DNA of 64,000 nucleotides. Origin: Felis catus. Taxonomy: Eukaryota. The DNA is taken from the NCBI RefSeq assembly GCF_018350175.1, contig NC_058383.1, positions 1,922,001-1,986,000 of the forward strand. Reading direction: 5' to 3'. Shown in pieces: positions 49,934-59,872 of this stretch. The translations under genes were made by a program, and so were the position numbers. The number at the start of each line of letters is the position of its first letter. The stretch's first letter is position 1. A model generated the notes under the pieces. The model saw only the letters and a program-made list of their open reading frames with translations. It was not told the origin of the DNA and ran no database searches.

Positions 49934-52702
49934 CAGGCCTATCAGGGATGCTGCAAGTTTGCTTCCAGACCTCTGCAGTAAAGCTCAATCAGAATGAAGT
50001 CAGTCAAATGAATTTTTTGGTTTCCCGGGGCGTATAACAATCTGTGTTTACACTACGATGCGGTCTAGTAAGTGTGCAATGGCATAATGTCTAAAAAAAC
50101 AGGTACCTACTTTAATTTAAAAATACTCTATCGCTGGGCCACCTGGGGGGCTCAGTAGGTTGGGCATCCGATCTCGGTTCAGGTCATGATCTCACCACTC
50201 ATGAGTTGGAGCCCTGCGTCGGGCTCTGTGCTGACAGCTCAGAGCCTGGAGCCTCCTTTGGATTCTGTGTCTCCCTCTGTCTCTGCCCCTCCCACGCTCG
50301 TGCTCTGTCTCTCTCTCTCTCAAAACTGAACAAACGTTAAAAAAAATTAAAAATTGTATGGAAGCCAATTTGACAATAAATTATATTAAAAAAAACATCA
50401 TTTATTCTTGTTAGAAAACACACATTTACTGTTGAAAACACAACAGAATAATAAAGACAATTAAAATCACCTACAATCCAGTAACCCCCCCCCCCCAAAA
50501 TTAAAAATTTAAAAATAAGGGGCGCCTGGGTGGCTCAGTCAGTTAAGTGTCTGACTTCGGCCCGGGTCATGATCTCACGGTTTGTGGGTTCATGCCCCAC
50601 ATCGGGCTCTGTGCTGACAGCTCAGAGACTGGAGCCTGCATCAGCTTCTGTGACTCCCTCTCTCTCTGCCCCTCCCCTGCTCATGCTCTGTCTCTCAAAA
50701 ATAAATAAATGTTGAAAAATTTAAAAAAATTTTAAAAATAAACATATCTTATTGCTAAAAATGCTAACCATCACCCAAGCCTGCAGCGGGCTGTAACCTT
50801 TCTGCCGGTGGAAGGTTTTCCTGGAGGCCGCCGGCTGCTGACCGTCAGGGTGGAGGTTGCCGGAGGCTGGGGTGGTTCTGGCAAGTTCTGAAATGAGACG
50901 ATCAAGTCTGCTGTGCTGACTCTTTCCCGAAAGGCCCCTCCGTAGCGTGCGATGCTGTTCGATAGCATCTACCCACAGGAGAACTTCCTTCACGCCTGGG
51001 GTCCAGCCGCTCACACGGGCTGCGGCTTTAGCGACTCCGTTTACGCGCTGTTCTCAACCCTTTGCGGTCATTTCGACCGTCCGCGCGGCGCCTTCACCAG
51101 GAGCGGGTTCCGGCTCCAGAAACCTCCTCACTTGCTCACCCGGAAGGAGCGGGTCCTCGTCTGGTGAAGCGTGAGACGGAAGCCGTCCAGCCCCACCCGC
51201 AGGCTCCACCTCCGGTTCTGTTCTCTTCCTGTTCCCCCACATCTGCACGGACTTCCTCGCCCGTGTCCCGAACCCCTCGAGGTCGTCCCTGAGGGCTGGC
51301 CTCGCCTTCTGCCGAACTGGCACAACTGATATTTTGGCCTCTTCCTGCGAATCACGTACGTTCTTAGTGGCATCGAGAACGGTGACTCCTTTCCGGCAGG
51401 TTTTCTGGCATCGAGAAGGGTGACTGCTTTCCGGCGGGTTTTCGGCAGACTTTTCCCAGCAGAGGAAGCACCATCCGTGGCAGCTACAGCCTTACGAAGT
51501 GCGCCTGTTAAAGAAGTCTTGAGGACCGAAACGACCCCTCGGTCCACGGGCGGCAGGACGGATGCCGACTCAGGCATGAACACCACGCTCGTCTCACTGC
51601 CCGTGTCCGTCCGAGCTCTTGGGTGACCAGGGGCGTCGCACACAGACGCACTGCCATCCGGGCGGCGGCGTCCCGTCGGCAGAGGACAGGCAGCGCCCAC
51701 TCCGCGTGCTCGCTCGGGGCCCTCGGACTTGGGATGGGTCGCTGGGCACTGGCCCCGGCTTGCGGTCACCGGCCGCTGCGTCAGCCCCGGACGGGAGGGT
51801 CGGCCGGTCCCTTGAGGCTGGGAAGCCAGGTGCCGACGTCTCTCCAACTACGCACGTCCTGACGCACGTCCTCGACCCGTGTGGCGTGCGGGCCCCTTCG
51901 TTAATGGTCGCAGCTGGATCTTCCGGACCCCCTGCGGCCGCGTCTACACCGCCGTGCACTCTTCCGTCTTGGACGCGGCGTCTGCTGGCTTCAGACTCTC
52001 CTCCCGCAGCTTCCTCCCCGCCTCGGCCTTCCTTTGTGGAACTGAGGCAGTCAGCGCGTGGCTCTGGGTTAGGCTGTAGCTTACGGGGATGCCGTGGCTG
52101 GTTCGCTCTTCTGTCCCGACCGCTAAAACGGGGAGGCTGATTCTTTCCTATGCTAATTTCCTTCCGGAGCGTGTCCTTTGCGCCGACCACCCGGCTAAGC
52201 GTCTGGGACGAGGGGCCCGGTTTCCGCCTTCCTCACCGAGCTTACTCGTCCGAAGCTCGTGATCTGACGTCAGAGACATGAGACTCTTCCTTTCGCTGGG
52301 ACCCCGGGGGCCTCTGTAGGGTCATTACGTGGCCCAGTTTCAGTGTTGTTGTGTCTCGGGAAACAGGGAGGCCCGAGGACGAGGAGGGAGACGGGGGAAG
52401 CGGCCGGTCGGGACAGCGGTCAGCACACACACACGGTTATCGATTAGGTTTGCCCTTACGTGAACGCGGTTCCTGGTCCCCAAAACAATCACGATGGTAA
52501 CGTCAAAGATCACGGTCACAGATCACCGTGACACATTATAACAAAAAAGCATTGGGAGAATTATCAAAATGTGACACAGAGACACCAAACGAGCAAACGC
52601 GCCAACAAACTTGCTCGAGGCAGCCACAAACCTCCAATTTGTGGAAACCAAAATATCTGTGAAACACGGTAAAGCGGGGCACAACATCACGGAGCACGCC
52701 CG
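49934..52702 (-). mobile_element. Tigger1 (TcMar-Tigger/pogo DNA transposon), near full length, decayed, interrupted by SINE/L1 insertions at ~50136-50750
   Basis: Left end ta|CAGGCCTATC and right end GAGCACGCCCG|tg resemble the Tigger1 TIR (CAGGCATACC) with a TA target. Minus-strand frames give transposase remnants EEAAGGESEASR, PGFPASRDRPTL, DAPGHPRA and VVFMPESASVLPPVDRGV, versus recalled consensus EEAAEEKFEASR, PGFKASKDRLTL, DNAPGHPRA and VVFMPANTTSILQPMDQGV. Frameshifts and deletions make it non-coding. Confidence 0.92.
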
Positions 52703-53019
52703 TGCAGGAACAAGGATTCCCTGCCCAGACCTCAGGTTTTCCTCTCTCTCAAGTAAATCTTATTTTTGCCTTGGTTTGTTGGCCACAAGGGTCTATTAAC
52801 TCTGTCCCTCAAACCAGTACATGTGGTTTGCACGAGGGTAACACCCACACATCTGAGTTATGCTTTGATAATCCACACTGAGGTGAAAAAGGACACGAAT
52901 CTATGTACCGACGCAGATAGATCTTCTGATAAATTAAGTGAAATAAAGGGTATTACGGTGCATGTAGTGTGCTGCCACTTATACACGAACTATCAATTAG
53001 CTTTTTTTTAAAGGCCAGG

Positions 53020-54480
53020 ATTAGAAGAACAAAAAACAAATAGAAAACGAATAGTAAAATGGTGGACTGGATCCCGACTGGAGCTATAATTACATCGGGT
53101 GGAAATGAGAAAAACACTTCCATTCAAAGCAAAGATGAACAGATTGGATTAAAAAAGTAAGGTCGCACTACACACTGTCTGTAAAACCCTCTTTAAATAA
53201 CATGCTATATAGAGATTACAAGGAACACCAACTGGGTGGCTAAAAATAACAGAAATTTATTCTCTCAGTTCTGAAGGCCAGACATTGCAAATCAAGGCAT
53301 CAGCAGGCTTGTTTCTTCTGGATGCTCCGAGGGAAAACCCCTGCCCGTGCCGCTCCTAGCTTCTGGTGGTTGCCCACAAGCCTTGATGTTTCTTTTCTTA
53401 GCCTCCGGACTCACCATTTCTTCGGTCTCCATCCTCACATGGCATTCTCTTCTGTTTCTTTCCAGATATCCTACTTCCCATAAGGACCCCAGACATTGCA
53501 CTGGGGCCCTCTCTAATCCAGTGTGACCTCACTCAACTTGATGACGTCTGCAAAGACCCTTTTTGCAGTTAAGGTCACATTCACAGGTACCGGGGGCTGA
53601 GACTCGGACTTGACTTTTCAGGGGACACAATCGGATCCATGATGCTATGCAAACATTAATCAAAAGCAGGCTGGAACTTACTATAATAGTATCAGACACA
53701 ACAGACTCCAGACCAAGACGTATCACCAGGAATAAAAATGGTAGAGGGGGCCAACTCATCAACAAAGGCAAAGCAACCCTCATTGTGTCTGCACCTGCTC
53801 CAGAACTCGACATCCCATGAAGGAAGGGACAAGACAAATCCTTCAGTAGAATCGGAGGTTTCAACATCTCTCTGAGCAACGGTAGAGCCAGCACAGATCA
53901 GAAATCTTTTAGAAGAGTTGAACAACGCTAACCATCCGCCTGGCCTGCCATATACGAAACACTCCACCTGTATGCTCCAAGTGCACGAGGAACATTCACC
54001 AAGGTGGACCACACTATGGCCATAAAACAAAATCTCAAATTTTAAAAAGGATTGACACCATACAAAGTATGGTCTCTGGCCACCAGGTAAATACGCAAGA
54101 AACTAATTTTGGAAACGTGTCTGGAAAAAATCCTCAAGTATTTGGAAATTGAGGAGACATTTCCAAATAAACCATGGGTCTGAGAAGAAATCATAATGGA
54201 AATTAGAGAACATTTTCAGGGGCGCCTGGGCAGCTCAGTTGTTTAAGCATCTGACTCTTGGTTTCGGCTCAGGTCATGATCTCAAGGTTCGTGAGTTGAA
54301 GCCCCGAGTGGGGCCCTGCGCTCACAGTGTGGAGCCTCCCTGGGGTTCTGTCTCTGCCCCTCCCAAGTCAGTCTCTCTCAAAATATATAAATAAACTTAA
54401 AAAAAATTTTTTTTCGTAGAAAACACAACATAATCTTGCAGGATGTGACTAAAGTAGTGCCTAGAGGGAGAACTATGGCC
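53020..54480 (+). mobile_element. L1M ORF2 endonuclease-region remnant, interrupted by an MLT1C-like LTR (-, ~53215-53642) and a SINEC (54218-54410)
   Basis: agattggattaaaaaag...ggaacattcaccaaggtggaccacactatggccataaaaca...ttccaaataaaccatgggtctgagaagaaatcataatggaaattag. MLT1: aacagaaatttattctctcagttctgaaggccag...tctgcaaagacccttt...ggggacacaat. Confidence 0.78.
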
Positions 54481-54619
54481 TTCAAACCAGATGTTGAAAT
54501 TCAGACCCTGGTTCCTCCCAGGACATCGTTCCTACACCCTCTCAGCGAACAGCACAGGTTATAAGAATGGATCCCTGCTTACATTGTGATTTCGTACGGG
54601 CCACAAAAGGCCGCTTCTT

Positions 54620-56640
54620 TAAATTTTGTTTAAATGTTTATCTTTGAGAGAGAGAGACACACACAGACAGATCATGAGTGAGGGAAGGGAGACACAGAAT
54701 CCGAAGCAGGCTCCAGGCTCTGAGCTGTCAGCAAAGAGCCTGTCGCAGGGCTCGAACTCACGAACCATGAATCATAACCTGAGCTGAAGTGGGGCGTTCA
54801 ACCGACTGAGCCACCCAGGCGCCCCTCAAAAGGTTGCTTCTTTACTTTTACTGACCCTTTTGCATTTATTAGCTAAAGTTTTTGTCTATAGAATCAACCA
54901 TTTACCTTGAAATATAAGGTAAAATAAAAGGCAAAAGTAATTAGTTTTTGCTTGAGCCTTTGATTTATTTTCAGAGTAATGACACGATGCTCAGCAGCAT
55001 CCGCCTGTGACTACACACAGTTTTTTTCTGCTTTTGAGGCTCAAAAGTTCCATGGGGGGACCCTTGAAGCTGGCTCCTGAGTCCTCCCCATCCCCAATGA
55101 TTTACTATACAATTGTCAAACACATAGAAGTGTTGAAAGAACTTTGCAGGGAACAGTCACAAACCCACCACCGAATTCGACAGGGAACACTTTTCTCTGA
55201 TCAACAACACCAGCACTGCTTACCCTCCTCAGAACCTATTTTCACGGCACTTCATGTGTCTCCTTCTAGGCCTTTCTCTGTGTACTATACGTATTTCCCT
55301 ATCGTGTTAGTCTGCTAAGGCTGTCATAAACAGAATACCACAGACCACGGGGGCTTCGACAACAAAGTTCTGACAGTTCTGGAGCCTGGACATCCAGGGT
55401 CAAGGTGGGGGCATGTTTGCTTTCTCCGGAGGCCTCCTGGGACACGGGACGTGGGCTGTGGTTCTATGTCCGTGTAGCATGTCTGACAATCCGGTGCTGA
55501 TGTTGGCCGGGGAGTTCAGTTCCTCCCGACCGGGACCCTGCCACAGATGGCTTGAGTGTCCCGAGGACACGGTGGCTAGCTTCTTTCAGAGCCGGTGATC
55601 CAAGACAAGAGACAGCAGGCCAGGTGGAGGCTTCCCATTCTCAGGACCTAGGTTTGGAGGGGGCATAGCATCACCTCTGCCACATCCTATTCCTTAGAGT
55701 GACTAAATGCACACACGCTGAAAGGGAGCAGGGTTTGGCTTGGAATTTATGAACCCATCATAAATGAACTTTTATGGCACACTTTGATTCCTGAAAGTCA
55801 TCTCCCTTACACTGTAATTCTAAGATGACAAGGATCATGCATTCTCGGGGCGCCTGCGCGGCTTAGTCAGTCAGTTAAGCCCCCAACTTGGGCTCAGGTC
55901 ATGATCTCACGGTTCGTGAGTTCGAGCCCCGTGTTGGGCTCTGTGCTGACAGCATGAAGCCCACTTCGGATCCTCTGTCCCCCTCCCTTGGCTTCTCCCC
56001 CCCACCCTGTCTTCAAAAAAAGGAAACAGTAAAGGAATCCTGCATTTTTGCCTCGCCACTGTACCCCCAGCAGAGCACGGCCCACTCAGGCCCCTAACTT
56101 CAGACCTTTGTGGGCAGTGGAACCGAGGACGGTGTGGGGGTGCTCTCCACAACTCGGAGAGATGTCTTTGGAAAACACACGTCGCTTGTTTTGCACAGGG
56201 CGTACATCCACATTACCTGCACTAAAGGACATGACAAGGCTCAGGATGCCCGGCTGGCTCAGCCCGGAGAGCACGCGACTCTTGACAACAGGGATCTGAG
56301 TTTGCCCACATTGGGCATAGAGATTACATACATAAGTAAACTTAAAAATATATATGCTCTGTCTCTCCCTGTCTCAAAAATAAATAAACGTTAAAAAAAA
56401 TTAAAAAAAAAAGGGGGGGGCGCCTGGGTGGCTCAGTCGACTGGTTAAGCGGCCGACTTCGGCTCAGGTCATGATCTCACGGTCCGTGAGTTCAAGCCCC
56501 GCGTTGGGCTCTGTGCTGACAGCTCAGAGCCTGGAGCCTGTTTCAGATTCTGTGTCTCCCTCTCTCTGACCCTCCCCCGTTTATGCTCTGTCTCTCCCTG
56601 TCTCAAAAATAAATAAACGTTAAAAAAAATTAAAAAATAT
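54620..56640. mobile_element. SINECs at 54620-54825 (-), 55847-56020 (+), ~56245-56410 (+, degenerate) and 56413-56640 (+)
   Basis: Canonical SINEC motifs; acatgacaaggctc flanks the last two copies as a TSD. Confidence 0.85.
55302..55745 (-). mobile_element. MaLR LTR fragments (MLT1A-like followed by an older MLT1-like piece)
   Basis: tgttagtctgctaaggctgtcataaacagaataccacagac...acagttctggagcctgg; then ttcagttcctcc...tggctagcttc...atcacctctgccacatcctatt. Confidence 0.6.
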
Positions 56641-57099
56641 ATATATATATTAAGAAAAATGAAAAGAAAGAACTCAAAACATGACAAGGCTCTTCAAGAG
56701 GAAGAAGTGAGACTAGCCAGCCGCTCCAGGCCACACACCAATGCCCCAGAAACCTTCCCTAAGAAACGTGCAACTTCCACACCGAGGCCAGCTGTTTTCA
56801 AGCTTTTCTGTGAATTTCTGCTTCCTTGTTCATGGATCTGGCACCTTCAGCACTTTCTACAGGAAAAGGGCTGGTAGAACCCAGAGACCGCTGAAAACCG
56901 CGGATGCAACTAGAAATTAGGCGAACTCTAACCTCCAGGGGAAACCTGTCGGCCGGCACATAAGGGGAAACTGAGGCAGAGAGGCCACTCAGCTGAAAAC
57001 AGGACGGAGAAGATTCAAACCCGGTGTCAGGCAACCCAAGAACCTTCTGTAGCCCTGGTGTTCTTTCGACTGAGGGAAAAGACACCTGACTTTCAATAG

Positions 57100-58870
57100 A
57101 GCGCTATGACCGTTTTCCAGGGCGCTGCTGCGCGACCGTGCCCAGCGTCCGTGGGGGACGTTCCGTGTCCCCACCCTGAGCCTCGGTCCCCAGCACACAT
57201 TGACGCCCACCCGCCCGCGCCCCTCCACCACCGGATTCCTTCTAGCACCTCACAAAACACGAGGGCGGAGCACCCTCTCAGCTCACAGCGGACCCGCGGC
57301 ACCAGCCAGAGCCGGCCCCGCCCCAACAGCGGCAGACCCCGCCCCGCGGCGGCAGACCCCGCCCATTCACTGCCGAGCCGCCCCCCCCCCCCCCCCCCCC
57401 GCCCCCGGGTCGTCGCGCGTCTGAGGGCGGAGGCCTCCGCGGGCCGAACCACGGTGCCCCTCGGAATGGGGGGGGAAGGCGGAATTACCGCCGCCGCCGC
57501 CATTGGCTTGGGCATAAGTAATTAAAGCAACTCGCCTTCATTTTGGTATCGTGCCAGACAGCCGTCTTTCCAGGAGTACTGGCCACCTCTTGGTCGCCAG
57601 AAGTTCCTTTTATATTTTGGAAACGTCCATTCTTTTGCCCAGTGGACGACTCTAAGAGCCATCACGGAGAAAGGGAAACTTAACTCATGTAAGCGAAGCT
57701 TTGTCTGGTGGAAGTCTAAGATATCACAACCAAGATAGCTTGTTGAACTCATAGTGTTTTCCAGTATATACTTCTGAGTTAAGTGTTCCGTTTCGGTGAC
57801 TAAGCCGGTTCCTTGTGCCTCCCCGCGGCGTCACAGATAGTGTAGTCTTTCAGCGCAGAGCCCGACGGGAGGAGGAAGGGAGTGGCTGCCATGTTGGACG
57901 GGACCATCCTGTCCCACAGGCGGGGGGGGCTGGGGTTCCCAGTGAGTTTGTGGTTTGGGCCCAGCAGCTGTGGTGCCGCGCCTCAAGCACATGCTTGTCA
58001 TGGGAGCCCTGTCGTGGTCCCCCGTAGAAACACTTGCGGCTCCCGACCTCCTCCGGGCATCCTACGATTATCAGGGCGTGGACACCCCCCTCCCCGAGCT
58101 CCGTGGGTCGGCCCGCGGCATGCACATGGCCCGGCGGCGGGCGCCGCGCAGTGCGGCCTGGGAGAGTCGGAAGCGCGGCGAGGCCGGGCGAGGCGGCAGC
58201 GGCGGGCCCATGCAGGACGCGGAAAACGTGGCGGCGCCCGAGGCGGCCGAGCAGCGGGCAGAGCCCGGGCAGCAGCAGCCGGCCGCCGAGCCGCCGCCCC
58301 CGGGAGAGGAGTCGTCGCGGCCCGCGGGGCCCGGCGCGCAGGAGGCAGCAGGCGGCGAGGACGCGGAGACCGGGCCGCAGCCCGCAGTGCTGGCTGAGCC
58401 CGCGGCCGACGGGGAGGAGAGGGAGGCTTCGGTTCCAGGCTCGTCCCCGCCGCCTCCTGAGGAGCCCCTTGCGCCCGCCCCGGCCTCGGGCGAGGCCCCA
58501 GCGGAGCAGGCCGGGAACGCGTCGGCCGAGGCCCGGTCCGAGGGGGCGGGCGGGGAGGACGGCGGCGCGGACGAGCCTTCCTTCAGCGACCCCGAGGACT
58601 TCGTGGACGATGTGAGCGAGGAAGGTGAGGCGGCGCGGGAGGCAGTGGGTCGTCCCCGCGTTCCACTTGTAGTCCCCCGCCTAGGGAAGGGTTTCTAGGA
58701 GCGTTTGGATCTCCTTACGTGTGTTCTCTCTCCAGAATAAAGCGGGGCGGGGCGGGGCTGGGGGCCAGGAGACCGGAGACCGCTGGGGAGCCGCTCGGTT
58801 GCACTCAAACCTGGATTTTGGAGGGTGGTGATGATGGACAGTGGGCAAGCTGGAGCCGTGGCCGTGTATG
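57100..58870. promoter_or_regulatory. CpG island / EIF3B promoter (probably bidirectional)
   Basis: CpG-dense in two lobes (~57100-57510 and ~57800-58870). YY1-like motifs GCCGCCATT (~57496-57504) and GCTGCCATGTT (~57885-57895), GC boxes, ETS-like CGGAAG just upstream of the EIF3B ATG. Confidence 0.88.
58210..58624 (+). CDS. EIF3B: Eukaryotic translation initiation factor 3 subunit B, coding exon 1 (415 bp; acidic Ala/Glu/Pro-rich N-terminus)
   Basis: gcccATGcag start. [30 protein letters not shown]...[19 protein letters not shown] matches recalled eIF3b. Donor GAAG|gtgagg at 58624/58625, phase 1. Confidence 0.97.
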
Positions 58871-59654
58871 GCATCTGGGGCCCAGCAAAGCAGGGCAGTG
58901 CACGTGCCGCACTATCTTGGGTGACACTTCCCTCTCTGCAGGTCTGGGTGCCCTGAGTGATGAGCCACACCTGTCAAAGGCCTGAGCCAGACCTCATGGG
59001 GACGCTTTTTGGGGTTGATGGGATGCTGTCCCTTAGAACAAGTTGTGACAGAGCTGGGTTCCTCTGCCCCTGCTCCACAGACGCTTCTGCCTTCAGAGAG
59101 TCTTAATAGGACTGGAAGGCTGACTCTGCCAGATTCCTGTCCGGTTCTCTCTTTTCTGAGTCTGTAGGCAGACGCCTGTCCTGTTGGCGCATAGTATTTT
59201 TAGGGTGGAGTGTCATTCGTTGTAGCTTTACTTTTCTTCTTATCTTGATTTAGTTTGCAGGTATTTCTGCTTCCTGCCTGAGAGCTTGTCTTCTAAAGTG
59301 ACGTCTGTAGTGCCTAATCTTATTTGCTTATGTTTTGTTTTTAGCCATTTGAACTGTCCGAGCTCAGAGCACATCAGTGGATTCCTGTCCGTTATAGTAG
59401 AATGGGAAAGAAGAGCGAGGAAGTAGCTAAGGGCACGCCAAGAAAATAAGATGTTGTCATGTTAATTTGTTTTGTTTTGTTTCTGAGATCTCGCGTCCCA
59501 TCACACGGAGATTGAGTCAGAATCAAAGAATCTCCAGTAAAACGAAGACGACGACTTAGGGAACCAACAGCACCGTTTACTTTTAACTTAAACCTAACGT
59601 TAAGGAGTTACCTGCTGTTGTCGTTATTCTCATACTTTATTTCTTAAGGGATAT

Positions 59655-59872
59655 TTTAATGTTTATTTACTTTTGAGAGAGAGAGAGAGAGAGACAGAGT
59701 GTGAGTGGGGGAGGGGCAGAGAGAGAAGGAGACAGAATTTGAAGCAGTCTCCAGGCTCCGAGCTGTGAGCTGTCAGCACAGAGCCCAGCGCAGGGCTTGA
59801 AGCCATGAAATGCGAGATCACGACTTGAGCACAACGTCAGACCCTTAACCGACTGAGCCACACAGGCCCCCC
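59655..59872 (-). mobile_element. SINEC in EIF3B intron 1
   Basis: TSD tcttaagggga; reverse-complement SINEC body. Confidence 0.9.

Noticed and set aside
51128..52190. Long minus-strand ORFs (239 aa, 198 aa) as a domesticated TIGD-like transposase gene
   Set aside because: Transposase similarity is split across frames with deletions, a frameshifting duplication and non-conservative changes. The ORFs are long because GC drift removed stop codons.
57575..57600. Possible CTCF site ggccacctcttggtcg
   Set aside because: Mismatches at core positions; too weak without a PWM score or ChIP data.
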